Notes: generated by a model from the sequence alone, not told the origin. A stretch of DNA of 64,000 nucleotides from Gammaproteobacteria bacterium (GCA_965215365.1 CBDCDS010000003.1:608001-672000); one strand, 5' to 3'; shown: positions 10,722 through 21,054, counted from the first letter of the stretch. Translations and numbers: made by a program.

Positions 10722-10856
10722 GCCAGGATTGGTTTATCCCGGCTAGTCTTGCGTGTATTATGGGTGCCTCTAAACCTTCATAATCAGGGCGCCGGTAAAA
10801 GTCAGCGGCGTCCTGCTGGCCCGGCGTAGCGTTACCGACATCTTATTCTGATAAAC

Positions 10857-11786
10857 ATGGCAACCCCCGAGAATTTTTTTCAGCGTCTGGTCACCGGGCT
10901 GGACAAGACCCGCACGCGTCTTTTCGGGGAGGCGGCGGGGCTGTTCAAAGGACCCCGGGAATTAGACGCTACGCTGCTGGAAGAACTTGAAAATCAACTG
11001 CTTGGCGCGGATGTGGGGGTGGCGGCCACGGCCGTTATCCGAGCCGAGTTGGAGGCCGCCTGCCAACGCGCGCAAGACCGGCAACCTGAGCTGCTGCCGG
11101 TCTTGCGAGAGGTGCTGGTAGCTCTGCTCAAACCTTGTGAACAGGCGTTGCGCATTCCCGAACAAAAACCGTTTGTGATCCTGGTAGTCGGTGTTAACGG
11201 GGCGGGCAAGACTACGACCATCGCCAAACTTGCCCGGCAGCTGCAACAGCAGCGCCATTCGGTGTTACTGGCCGCCGGGGATACGTTCAGGGCCGCAGCC
11301 ATTGACCAGTTACAACGCTGGGGGGAACGCCTCGGGGCGCCGGTGATAGCCCAGCAACCCGGCGCCGACGCCGGCGCGGTGCTGTATAACGCCTTGCAGG
11401 CCGCCGTGGCGCGGCGCACCGATGTCGTTATTGCCGATACCGCCGGACGCTTGCACAACAAGGACAACCTCATGGAAGAGTTGAAGAAAATTCACCGCGT
11501 CATGCACAAGTTTGACGCCCGCCTCGAGGTGGAAACCCTGCTGGTCGTGGATGCCGGCGCCGGCATGAACGCCATGGTGCAGGCACAGCAGTTTCAACAG
11601 GCGGTGCCGGTCACCGGTATAGCCCTGACCAAACTCGACGGCACCGCCAAAGGCGGCACGGCGTTGGCGCTGGCACAGCAACTGGCCCTGCCCATCCGTT
11701 ACCTCGGTGTCGGTGAGGGGGCCGACGACCTGCAGCCCTTCAACGCGGATGATTTTGTGCGGGCATTGCTGGATTTGCCCGACTGA
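10857..11786 (+). CDS. ftsY: SRP receptor GTPase (short, NG domain only)
   Basis: GVNGAGKTTT, DTFRAAA, DTAGR, TKLDGTAKGG. Confidence 0.97.
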   Translation: MATPENFFQRLVTGLDKTRTRLFGEAAGLFKGPRELDATLLEELENQLLGADVGVAATAVIRAELEAACQRAQDRQPELLPVLREVLVALLKPCEQALRIPEQKPFVILVVGVNGAGKTTTIAKLARQLQQQRHSVLLAAGDTFRAAAIDQLQRWGERLGAPVIAQQPGADAGAVLYNALQAAVARRTDVVIADTAGRLHNKDNLMEELKKIHRVMHKFDARLEVETLLVVDAGAGMNAMVQAQQFQQAVPVTGIALTKLDGTAKGGTALALAQQLALPIRYLGVGEGADDLQPFNADDFVRALLDLPD

Positions 11787-11976
11787 TCAGTAGCAGCACG
11801 TCCTTGTGCTGCGGGCCGTCCCTGTCAGTTTATTGGCCGGATGTGCGGCTTGTGTGCGGTTACTGGTTAGTACCGTCGGTCTGGCCCGCATGGTTGACCG
11901 TCGCGCAGCCCTTGCCGCCCATGAACATGACGTAGGTCTCGCCTGCGGGTGCCTGCGACCGAAACCATAGCGGCAG

Positions 11977-13254
11977 CTATGGTTGAGGAAGAGCGACGCG
12001 GGCGCGCAGGCGCTCTTGCACGTGGGTCATCAGCGACGGAATGCCCGGCTCGAAGTCATCGTTCGCCGTGGTCTTGCGCCAGAGATAACCCAACGCCGCC
12101 ATCTCATCGAGCGCTGCCGTGGCCGCCTTGGCGTCTAACTCGAGCCCCTTGCGCAACGCGGCCTCGAGCGCGGCTTCATGCACCTGCTCGGACTGCTCGA
12201 AACACCCAGCGACGAGCGCGCCAGCCTCGAGCAGGCCACGCTCTTTGAGCTCCTCATAGCGCTCGCCGTAATAACGTTCGCAGCGCGCGGCGACTGCGGG
12301 GGCGGCCTGCTCGACGAGCGCTGCCGTGACCGTATGGCTGTGCAACTGCTCGACCAAGACACCACACAACGCTCGCCCCCAAAGCTGAATAAAATACGGG
12401 TAACACTGTGAGTCATCGACCACCTTACCCAAGGCATCGGGCTCGATAGTCACCGACCAATCACCGAGCGGCTCGGTTAAGGCCTGCGCGGTGGCCGCAG
12501 CGCTCAACCGGCCAATGGGCTGGATCTCAGAGCGGCTCCAGAAGGTGGCGCTCATCTTGCCCAGATGCGCTTCAAGATTAGGCGTGCCGGCCAAGATGAG
12601 AACGAATGGGACCCCGCCCGCGCGCAGCTGCTGACTGAGGTTGAGCAGATCGCAGCCGGTCTCAATATCGAGCGTATGCGCCTCGTCCACGGTCACTAAC
12701 AGTGGCTTATCGCGACAACGCTTCGTTAAGCGCTCGGTCAACTCAACCATGAGCACCGCTGAGTCGGGGACGCTCAATGACACCGTGCCGAGGCCGCTTG
12801 CACCGACGCTGACGCTGTCCACGCTGAGCGGCTGGCCGGTGCCGCGTTCGGCGGTGTCGAGGGCCTTAGTGGCGGCGCGGGCGGCCAAGCCCGGCTTGGC
12901 GGGGGAATCCTCAGGGGGCGACGCGGGCCTGAGCAACACGGCGCCGAGCGCCGCTGGGGTTTTGAGCGCGCGTGGGGTTAGCGAGAGTACGCCAATCCCA
13001 GCACTCAGTGCCCGGCGCTCTAAGTCTTTGAGCAACACCGTCTTGCCGTTGCCGCGCGGGCCGAAGAGCACCAAGTCCCCTGCCGGGGCGTGGCTCCCTG
13101 CCAAGGGGCCTAACAGGACATCGGAGGCGAACTCTTTCTCAGTGTCGCGCCCAGCGAGGGTCGGCGGGCGGGTGCCCGTGCCGGGCTTAAATAACTCCTT
13201 TAAGGCCTTGCAGTAGCGGACCTCACTGAAATCGTGTGGGAATGGCGTGGTCAT
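11977..13254 (-). CDS. AAA-family ATP-binding protein (AAA_16/archaeal-ATPase-like), copy 1
   Basis: LAGR, Walker A GPRGNGKT, Walker [17 protein letters not shown]. Confidence 0.85.
   Translation of the reverse strand: MTTPFPHDFSEVRYCKALKELFKPGTGTRPPTLAGRDTEKEFASDVLLGPLAGSHAPAGDLVLFGPRGNGKTVLLKDLERRALSAGIGVLSLTPRALKTPAALGAVLLRPASPPEDSPAKPGLAARAATKALDTAERGTGQPLSVDSVSVGASGLGTVSLSVPDSAVLMVELTERLTKRCRDKPLLVTVDEAHTLDIETGCDLLNLSQQLRAGGVPFVLILAGTPNLEAHLGKMSATFWSRSEIQPIGRLSAAATAQALTEPLGDWSVTIEPDALGKVVDDSQCYPYFIQLWGRALCGVLVEQLHSHTVTAALVEQAAPAVAARCERYYGERYEELKERGLLEAGALVAGCFEQSEQVHEAALEAALRKGLELDAKAATAALDEMAALGYLWRKTTANDDFEPGIPSLMTHVQERLRARVALPQP
11985..12616 (-). repeat. 632-bp inverted repeat of 57502-58133
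   Basis: No mismatch seen by eye; overlapping ORF translations (12135-12437 vs 57681-57983) are identical. Confidence 0.92.
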
Positions 13255-13443
13255 AGCTGCCCTCTTGACAGGTCGCCCAGTCTAGCAGTCTCTTGGCGCG
13301 CTGGCAAGGCAGGTAGTATCCCCCTAATCCCGCTTTAGAAAGTCCAAGAATCAAAAAAGTCTTGACTGTAGAGTGGAATTGTGTTAAAGCTGCGATGTCG
13401 TTCGACTTCCCACACAATCACCCATTTACTGAGGAGAACGAGA

Positions 13444-14047
13444 ATGAAAATGAAACTTACGGTTACCCCCCCCCCCCCCCCCCCCACGCCCTAGCCGCCT
13501 GACGGCACCGGCCACCCTGCTGGTGGCCCTGGCCCTGCCCGCGACGGTGAAGGCGCAGAATGTTGGAGGCGCATACTGCCCGGACAGGACTTTTCAAAAG
13601 CTGGCCGTTGGCGTGAGCGTCAGCGTCGAGGTGGGGGAGTCGGTGGCCAATGACTGCATCATGGAATGGATACCCGAACAGAGACAAACAATGGAAAAAT
13701 GCAGTGACACGGCCACAGTCAAAGTGACGAACTCCGCAGTGAGCCTAGAAAATATCAGAGCGAACACAGCATCAGGGTTTACCTTACCTGCCCTCGCCGC
13801 ATTTAACCCCCGGGTCGTTGTCGGGCTGTTCGACGGTGAGAACGACCTCCATGGCGCGTATCCTGTCCTGGGGGAACCCCGCGCGGGCCGTGCCGTTCCA
13901 GCATCAACCACCACCTTCTATAATCTGAAAGCGAACACCCGCTACGCCGCAACGATTTATGTGAGTCACCTCCCGATTCGCGGTCAGGATGAGAGGTACA
14001 GGTTTACGCTCGCAAGAAGCTGCTTTGAGACGGCGGCGGCCAATTAG
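13444..14047 (+). CDS. Putative secreted protein, frameshifted at a poly-C tract
   Basis: GAGGAG RBS and ATG at 13444; with C20 the frame stops at 13492-13494; removing one C gives MKMKLTVTPPPPPPRPSRLTAPATLLVALALPATVKA-Q, fused to ORF 13523-14047. Confidence 0.75.
13466..13485. repeat. Poly-C tract (C20)
   Basis: Directly visible. Confidence 0.95.
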
Positions 14048-14090
14048 TGCCTAGCAGCCGTCCGGCTACAACGAGCCGACAGGGTTTGAA

Positions 14091-14135
14091 GGGGACCTCT
14101 AAAATACCACGGAGGGTATTTTTAGAGGTATGCCC
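14091..14135. repeat. Short palindromic repeat family B (GGNNNCCTCTA...TAGAGGNNNCC)
   Basis: Related copies at 15098-15124, 49701-49724, 50416-50459, 52350-52377, about 55892, 62350-62390 and 62474-62500. Confidence 0.8.
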
Positions 14136-14145
14136 TCATGGATAT

Positions 14146-15018
14146 TCAAGGGACAACATCTAACAGCTGCCTGCGGTGGTGCAGGTAATAATCGAATAAT
14201 CCCGGATGAATGTCCCTGAGCTCCCGGCGTGACGCCAGTTGTTCGCCCTTGCCCGATAGCAACTCTTTAATCAGATGAAACGCCCGTTCCGGGTCGGCCG
14301 CAGGAGCGCGGCGCGTTATGGATTTAGCCAGTCCCGGTTCGTGTAACAACACCCAGGCGGGATACCATTCAATGGATAGTTCGGGTTCTATCTCAGCGTC
14401 CATGGCCTGATTCCAGTACTCCGCCAATACGGAAGCGGGAATACGCTCAGTCCTGATCATTCTTTCAAAATACGCCGGCGCCAGCCAGCATAAAGTGAAC
14501 CAGATCTCAAAAGCCTCTACGGTCCGGTTGAGTTGCCACAATGCCTGTGCCATCCGTTCAAGTAAAACGGGTTGATGTTCATAGTCCTGTTCGGTTTCTA
14601 TCACGCGCAACACGGCGGTCCAGTCCTCGTACATCAGGTAGGCGCGGCTTGCATGGTGGTCGGGGTGGTCGGGATCAAAGCGGATACCGTCCAACGCCAC
14701 CCCGGCCGCGCGCCAGAGTGGCGCCAGGAGGTCTCGCCCTTTATCAACGCCGAACAAGGTCTTTGCCGCCGGACTCCATACCACTTCCAGCCGTTCCAGG
14801 TGCTCCAGGGCAGTGTTCGGATCATGCGGCGGCGGCGCTTGCAACGCATCAATCATTGCACAAGCAGGTTGCAGCACTCTGTGGTCGGAGTTGCGCGCCT
14901 TGAGTTCTTTCAACTTTTGCTGCGCCGCGCTGGCTCTGCGCTCAAGCAGGGCCTCGCGCAGTTCGCTCTCAGCGACTACATCGGCGCTGTGCAGAAACAA
15001 ATCAAATTGAACAGACAT
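14146..15018 (-). CDS. Hypothetical protein (helical, TPR-like composition)
   Basis: 290-aa ORF with natural composition; no recognised motif. Confidence 0.7.
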   Translation of the reverse strand: MSVQFDLFLHSADVVAESELREALLERRASAAQQKLKELKARNSDHRVLQPACAMIDALQAPPPHDPNTALEHLERLEVVWSPAAKTLFGVDKGRDLLAPLWRAAGVALDGIRFDPDHPDHHASRAYLMYEDWTAVLRVIETEQDYEHQPVLLERMAQALWQLNRTVEAFEIWFTLCWLAPAYFERMIRTERIPASVLAEYWNQAMDAEIEPELSIEWYPAWVLLHEPGLAKSITRRAPAADPERAFHLIKELLSGKGEQLASRRELRDIHPGLFDYYLHHRRQLLDVVP

Positions 15019-15245
15019 TGGATGGGTTCAATCACGATGCGCCAGATGCTATCAGTGCGATTTCCCACAGTGGCGACCTCAATTCAAGACCTGTTATGGT
15101 GACCTCTATTTAATAGAGGTCACCATTATACCTTTATGCAGGCCCTAAGTCAGACCAGCCGCTATCGTAAGGTTCCGCTGTTGCGGCCACCTCTTGTATC
15201 TGTTCAAAAAAACACTTGGCAGGCTGATTTTAATAAAGTACTATC

Positions 15246-16377
15246 TGTCCGGGTTCAGAAACAAGTGAGACTCTTTAGATAAAGAAATCGGGTAGTCTGT
15301 GTGTGAATTAATCTCAACTAATTGACACAGGAGGACTACCCGATGCAGATCAAAAGCCTGCGGGTGAAATCATATCGCAGTTGGCGCGTGGATGATACTA
15401 CCGATGCTGACGCGCTCGGTCGTTTGCAGCAGTTGGAATTGGTTGCGACGTTACGCGAGGATGGGTGTGGTGAGGCGACGGCACTGGCAGCAGTAGGTTG
15501 GTCGAGGGCGACCTACTACCGTTGGTTGAAGCGGTATCGTGAACATGGGCTGAAGGGTCTGGGGTGTGGCTCTCGTGCGCCGCGGCGGCGGCGTGTGCCG
15601 CAATGGACGCGCCAGCACGAGCAGCAGGTCTTGCACCTTCGCCAACGTTATCCGTTATGGGGCAAGCGTAAGCTCTGGCGGGTGGGGGTGCGCGAGCAGG
15701 GCTGGACTTTGAGCGAGAGTACGGTCGGGCGCATCGTGGCGAAGCTGGTGCGGCTAGGTCGGGTCAAGCCGGTGGCGTTTTACTATGGCCGGGTGAAGCC
15801 TAAGCGCCGCCGGGCGTTTACCCATCATGCCAAGCGCTGGCGCTACGGGATGAAGGCTAAGGCGCCAGGGGAGTTGATGCAGATAGACCACATGAGTGTC
15901 GGCTTCACGGACGGCATCACGGTGAAGGAGTTCAAGGCCGTCTGTCCGGTGAGCAAATGGAGTGCGCTGCGAGCCTACAGTCGGGCCACCAGTGGCAATG
16001 CCCGGCGCTTCTTAAAAGCGCTGTGCCAAGAGGCGCCGTTTCCCATCCGTTCTATCCAGGTCGATGGCGGCTCGGAGTTCCGAGATGAGTTCGAGCAGGC
16101 TTGCCAGGACTTAGGAATCCCCCTGTACGTGCTGCCCCCGAAAAAACCCGAATACAACGGCTGTGTAGAACGCGCCAACGCCACCAGCCGCTATGAGTTC
16201 TATCCGTTCTACGAGGGTCCACTGACCGTGGCCGCCATCAACCGCAAACTGGCAGAGTATCAGCAATACTACAATACCTACCGCCCGCATAACGGTATTG
16301 GTTTATTAACCCCAATGGAGTATTATCAACAACTCACACAGCCTGCCTCTGAGTCTCATATGTATTGAACCTGGACA
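15246..16377 (+). mobile_element. IS481-family element with 5-bp target duplication
   Basis: Ends TGTCCGGGTTCA...TGAACCTGGACA; CTATC at 15241-15245 and 16378-16382. Confidence 0.9.
15343..16368 (+). CDS. IS481-type integrase-core transposase
   Basis: HTH (WSRATYYRW), QIDH, IQVDGGSEF, NGCVER, YNTYRPH. Confidence 0.92.
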   Translation: MQIKSLRVKSYRSWRVDDTTDADALGRLQQLELVATLREDGCGEATALAAVGWSRATYYRWLKRYREHGLKGLGCGSRAPRRRRVPQWTRQHEQQVLHLRQRYPLWGKRKLWRVGVREQGWTLSESTVGRIVAKLVRLGRVKPVAFYYGRVKPKRRRAFTHHAKRWRYGMKAKAPGELMQIDHMSVGFTDGITVKEFKAVCPVSKWSALRAYSRATSGNARRFLKALCQEAPFPIRSIQVDGGSEFRDEFEQACQDLGIPLYVLPPKKPEYNGCVERANATSRYEFYPFYEGPLTVAAINRKLAEYQQYYNTYRPHNGIGLLTPMEYYQQLTQPASESHMY

Positions 16378-16543
16378 CTATCTTGCCCCGTTGGATGTGG
16401 TAGTATTGAGCGTCGCGAAAAGACGACGCCCGAACATGACACCAAGAACAGGTTTCGGTGGTGTCTCTCGCTTTGCAAATCGTTCTTCCCTTACAGATAT
16501 AAAAGCCGTAGAGAAAATCAACCACATGGTTGGAGGTTTTATC

Positions 16544-17328
16544 ATGACGCATTCTTTACCCCCCCCCCGCCCCCGCTGCGCACCTTTCTTAAGGCTTTCG
16601 CCGCCGTTCTGCTGACGGCCCTTTCCCTGCCGGTGTCGGCACAGGTGCCGGAGTCGGCGGTCCGATTTTCAAGGGTTCTGGGCGATGCCCCCTCCCGCGT
16701 CAGTAGTCTGACAACCCCCTTGGTCGCCGCCCCTCCTGCTCGCTTAGGGGGTTTGACCCAAAACCTGACGATCGAAGCCGTGCCCACTCTTTCGAGCACG
16801 ACGGCTTTCGGTGTGGGATCCGACTCCCGATGCGCCTACGGTGCGGGAGCCGCGACGCGGCTGGTCGAATTCCACAATGCGACCGGGACCTATTCCCGCG
16901 GCCAACCCATCGCTCGCGCCTGCCCTAGTTGGGGACCTGCAAAATGCTCGCGCACAGTTACGGTTAGGGGAATATCTTACACAGCCAATCGCGGGTACCC
17001 GCCGTGCCCCAATGCGTGGGTCGAGAATGGTGTTCATGTTGGGGCCCCTGCCATTGCTGAGGGCGCCGAACGTTCAGAAAGGACCCACAACGGCCTGTTC
17101 ACCGTCCGCATCTGGGGCAACATTTGTTATCCAGGCGGTCAACCCTGTCGCTCATTGCAGGATGTAAACAGCCCGTTTTTGGGTGCTGTAAATCAATTCG
17201 GCTATGTGGCCACCTTCAGGCCCGGCTCCAATTGCGGCCCGGCGACCTGGCCCACGCCAGAAATGCAGGCGGCGGGCGGTCCGGCCTATGCCGAATGGTG
17301 CGATGTCGTGGTCGATGTGCGCCGCTGA
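16544..17328 (+). CDS. Putative secreted Cys-containing protein, frameshifted at a poly-C tract
   Basis: GGAGG RBS and ATG at 16544; with C10 (16559-16568) it stops at 16615; adding one C gives MTHSLPPPPPPLRTFLKAFAAVLLTALSLPVSA-Q, fused to ORF 16633-17328. Confidence 0.75.
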
Positions 17329-17423
17329 AGGACATGACCGGCAGGTCCGCGTCCGGGATGTCGGCATGGTTACCGGGAAACTGCAGGCCCGGGGCTACGG
17401 CAGAGGTTCCCATACGAATGCAA

Positions 17424-18245
17424 TCAAGACAAGGAGCAGCTTGAGCTTGAATCAGAGTCGGTCAGACGCGCCGGGAACGGTCTGAATTCCGCGACCACCG
17501 GGGCGTGGTCGGAGGGGCGCGGTTGTTGCCGGGGTTGGGTGTCTATCCAACTGTCGGCGCAGTGGCGGCTGAGTGCACTTGAGGCCAGTATCAGGTCGAT
17601 GCGCAGGCCGCGGTTGCGGGCGAAGTCGCCGGCGCGGTAATCCCACCAGGAGAAGGAATGCCGTTCCTGCTCGAACTGCCGGAAGGTGTCTGTGAGGCCG
17701 CAAGCCAGCAGGTCGGACAATGCCCCCCGTTCCGCCGGGCTGCAATGAATCTTGTCGCGCCACTGCGCCGGGTCGTGTACGTCCTCATCCGTGGGGGTGA
17801 TGTTGAAGTCACCCAGCACAATGAGTTTGTCATAGGATTGCAGCAGTTCACCGGTGAACTCGTGCAGGCGCGCCAGCCAGTCCAGTTTGTAGGCATATTT
17901 GTCCGATCCCACTTCGGAACCGTTGGGCACATACAGGTTGAGCACGCAGACCTCATCCACTAGGGCGCACAGCACGCGCCGCTGCGGGTCATCTAATCCG
18001 GGCAGGGCGGTGTGCAATACCTGGCACTGGCGCCGGCTGGCGATGGCGACGCCGTTGTAGGATTTTTGTCCGGCAAATGCCACCTGGTAGCCGGCTTCGG
18101 TAAAGGCCTGAGCCGGGAAATTCTCATCCTGGGTCTTGGTCTCCTGCAAGGCCAGCACATCTGGCTGGTGGGTTGCCAGCCAGTGCAACAGCTGCGGCAG
18201 ACGCACTTTCAGCGAATTGACGTTCCAGCTTGCAACAGTCCACAT
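17424..18245 (-). CDS. xth: Exodeoxyribonuclease III
   Basis: SWNVNS, LQETK, GDFNI, GLRIDLIL, SDHAP. Confidence 0.96.
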   Translation of the reverse strand: MWTVASWNVNSLKVRLPQLLHWLATHQPDVLALQETKTQDENFPAQAFTEAGYQVAFAGQKSYNGVAIASRRQCQVLHTALPGLDDPQRRVLCALVDEVCVLNLYVPNGSEVGSDKYAYKLDWLARLHEFTGELLQSYDKLIVLGDFNITPTDEDVHDPAQWRDKIHCSPAERGALSDLLACGLTDTFRQFEQERHSFSWWDYRAGDFARNRGLRIDLILASSALSRHCADSWIDTQPRQQPRPSDHAPVVAEFRPFPARLTDSDSSSSCSLS

Positions 18246-18255
18246 GGAAAGTGTC

Positions 18256-20316
18256 TCATTGCTGTGCCGGTGTAGCCGGCGTCATGCCACAATGCCGTAA
18301 CAGCGCGTCTATTTCGGGCTTGCGCCCGCGGAACTCCACAAACAAGTCCATAGGTTCCCGGGCACCGCCCTGTTCTAAGATGGTACGGAGAAAATCTCTG
18401 CCGGTGGCGGCATCGAAGATACCGTTTTCCTCAAAGCGCGAGAAGGCATCGGCGGACAACACCTCGGCCCACTTGTAGCTGTAGTAACCGGCCGCGTAGC
18501 CACCGGCGAAGATATGGCCGAAACTGTGTTGAAAACGGTTATCCGGCGGCACCTTGACTACCGCCACCGCATGCCGCACTTCATCGAGCAGGGACTGGAT
18601 GTCGCGGGTATCCTGCCCGCGCCGTTCATGGTGCAGACGGAAGTCAAACAAGGCCAGTTCCAGTTGCCGCACCATCTGCATGCCGGCCTGGAAGGTGCGC
18701 GCCTGCTGCATTCTGTCGAACAGGTCGGCGGGAAGCGGCTCCCCGGTCTGGTAATGGCGCGCACACAGGTCCAGCGCGTCCCGTTCCCAGCACCAGTTTT
18801 CCAGGAACTGGCTGGGCAGTTCCACCGCGTCCCAGGGCACGCCGTTGATGCCGGACACGCCGGCATAATCGACCTGCGTCAGGATATGATGCAAGCCGTG
18901 GCCGAACTCGTGGAACAGCGTCAGCACCTCGTCATGGGTGAGCAGGGCCGGTTGTTGCGCCAGCGGCGGGGTGAAGTTGCAGGTCAGGTAGGCTACCGGC
19001 GTTTGCAGCGCGTCGCGCCCCAGCCGGCGCACCACGCATTCGTCCATCCAGGCGCCGCCGCGCTTGTGCGGACGCGCGTACAGGTCCAGATAGAATGCAC
19101 CGCGCAGTTCGCCGCGCTCGTCCCGGACTTCAAAAAAACGCACCTCAGGATGCCAAGCTTCAACACCTTGCCGGGCACTGATATTAAGGCCATACAAGCG
19201 GCTGACTACGGCGAACAGTCCTGCTACGACCTGATCTGCGGGAAAGTAGGGGCGCAAGTCTTCCTGGGAGAAGTCGAACTGCTGCTGTCTGAGCTGCTCT
19301 GAATAGTAGGGGATGTCCCAGGCGCGCAAGTCCTCAACGCCGTATTCCTCGGCCGCAAATTTTTCTAGGGTGGCTAATTCGCGCTGCGCCGCCGTCTTGC
19401 TGCGCGCAGCCAGCTCATGCAGGAACGCGATGACTTCCTGCGGCGTGTCAGCCATCTTCTTTACCAGCGAGTACTCGGCATAGTCACGGTAGCCCAGCAG
19501 TGCTGCCAACTCCTGCCGTAACGCCAGTATTTCCACCATCAACGGCCCGTTGTCCCATTGCCCGCCGTTGGGTCCCAGTTCCGAGGCGCGGGTAGTGTAG
19601 GCAGTGTACAGCTCGCGGCGCAGTGCCCGCTCGTCGGCATAGATCATCACCGGGGAGTAGGAGGGATATTCCAGCGTGAACAGCCAGCCGGTGCGGTCCT
19701 GCCGACGCGCGCTCTGTGCGGCCAGCTCCAGCGCAGTGTCCGGCAGGCCGCTGAGCAAGGACTCATCTGTGACCAGCCGGGTCCAACCGTGGGTGGCATC
19801 CAGCAGGTTTTCCTCAAAGCGCGTGTGCAGCTTTGACAGCTGCCGTTGCAGCGCCCGGTACCGATCTTTTTTCTGTGGCCCCAGGTCTATGCCGGACAGG
19901 CGAAAGTCGCGCAAGATGTTGTCGATGATCTTCTTGCGGGCGACATCCAGCCGGGCATAAGCCTCACCTTCGGCCAGGGCCTGACAGGCGCGGAACAAGT
20001 CTTTATTCTGACCCAGCGCCGTTTCATGGTCGGACATTTTCGGGATGCAGGCGTTATAGGCATCACGCAACTGTTCATTATCAGCAACCGAATGCAGGTG
20101 ACGCACCGCAGACCAGGCGCGGTGCAGTTGGTCGTCTTTTTCTTCCAGGGGCTGCAACAGGGTTTCCCAGGTGTGTTCCCCCGGTTTTTGCAGCAGGGCG
20201 TTCAACAGCGCGCGGTGTTCTTCCAGCAGTTGCTCGATAGCCGGCTCAATATGTTCCGGCCGGATCCGGTCGAAAGCCGGCAGGGTCAGGTTTTCAAGTA
20301 ATGGGTTAACCCGCAT
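18256..20316 (-). CDS. prlC: Oligopeptidase A (M3)
   Basis: NPLL N-terminus, HEFGHGLH, DAVELPSQ, HIFAGGYAAGYYSYKWAEVL. Confidence 0.96.
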   Translation of the reverse strand: MRVNPLLENLTLPAFDRIRPEHIEPAIEQLLEEHRALLNALLQKPGEHTWETLLQPLEEKDDQLHRAWSAVRHLHSVADNEQLRDAYNACIPKMSDHETALGQNKDLFRACQALAEGEAYARLDVARKKIIDNILRDFRLSGIDLGPQKKDRYRALQRQLSKLHTRFEENLLDATHGWTRLVTDESLLSGLPDTALELAAQSARRQDRTGWLFTLEYPSYSPVMIYADERALRRELYTAYTTRASELGPNGGQWDNGPLMVEILALRQELAALLGYRDYAEYSLVKKMADTPQEVIAFLHELAARSKTAAQRELATLEKFAAEEYGVEDLRAWDIPYYSEQLRQQQFDFSQEDLRPYFPADQVVAGLFAVVSRLYGLNISARQGVEAWHPEVRFFEVRDERGELRGAFYLDLYARPHKRGGAWMDECVVRRLGRDALQTPVAYLTCNFTPPLAQQPALLTHDEVLTLFHEFGHGLHHILTQVDYAGVSGINGVPWDAVELPSQFLENWCWERDALDLCARHYQTGEPLPADLFDRMQQARTFQAGMQMVRQLELALFDFRLHHERRGQDTRDIQSLLDEVRHAVAVVKVPPDNRFQHSFGHIFAGGYAAGYYSYKWAEVLSADAFSRFEENGIFDAATGRDFLRTILEQGGAREPMDLFVEFRGRKPEIDALLRHCGMTPATPAQQ

Positions 20317-20439
20317 ATCTCACCTAGTCGCTTGTTGCCTTGTGAAACATGATGGCTCTCAATAAGTTATGGTAATACTGCTGCTCTTTCCACCTAACCC
20401 ACTGCGCTTGATGCGCCCGCGCTGGGTGAGATATGCGGG
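20310..20439 (+). repeat. MITE-like repeat family A, 130-bp internally deleted copy
   Basis: TIRs CCCGCATATCTCACC / GGTGAGATATGCGGG flanked by TTAA and TTAG. Confidence 0.9.
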
Positions 20440-20463
20440 TTAGACATGTTCTGATACTGGTAA

Positions 20464-20478
20464 TAAGAATGATTTTCA
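20464..20478. promoter_or_regulatory. Possible Fur/Irr-type box upstream of bfr
   Basis: TAAGAAT-G-ATTTTCA matches 11/14 of the 7-1-7 TGATAAT-N-ATTATCA consensus. Confidence 0.4.
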
Positions 20479-20589
20479 ATTATAAATCAACAAGTTATAC
20501 TTTACATGCCGAATTTATGCTGATATGCTGCAAAGGTGCCTTTAATTTTCAGAGGCGCGTGACACACAGTTTATTTTCGGAGAACTATT

Positions 20590-21054
20590 ATGCAAGGCAA
20601 CAACAAAATAATCGAGTACCTGAATCAGGTGCTGAAGAACGAACTGACGGTGATTAACCAATATTTCCTGCATGCACGCATGTGGAGAGACTGGGGACTG
20701 AAAGAGCTGGACGAGTATGAACACCACGAATCAGTAGATGAGATGAAACACGCCGACAGGCTCATTCAGCGAATCCTGTTCCTGGAAGGGCTGCCGAACC
20801 TGCAAGATCTGGGCAAGCTATTCATCGGGGAGAATACCAGAGAGATGCTGGAATGCGACCTGAAACAGGAACATCTGGCCATCCCGCTGCTGCGTGAGGC
20901 CATCGTCTGCTGTGAGGCCGAACAGGATTACGTGAGCCGCGAACTGCTGGAGGATATTCTCGAAGACGAGGAAGAGCATGTGGACTGGCTGGAGACCCAG
21001 CTCGGACTGATAGAAAAAGTCGGCCTGGAGAATTATCAGCAATCTAAAATGTAG
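20590..21054 (+). CDS. bfr: Bacterioferritin
   Basis: [42 protein letters not shown]. Confidence 0.97.
   Translation: MQGNNKIIEYLNQVLKNELTVINQYFLHARMWRDWGLKELDEYEHHESVDEMKHADRLIQRILFLEGLPNLQDLGKLFIGENTREMLECDLKQEHLAIPLLREAIVCCEAEQDYVSRELLEDILEDEEEHVDWLETQLGLIEKVGLENYQQSKM

Noticed and set aside
15343-15400. Transposase N-terminus MQIKSLRVKSYRS resembles ABC/OLD ATPase starts
   Set aside because: Too short, no Walker A follows, and it lies within the IS in both copies
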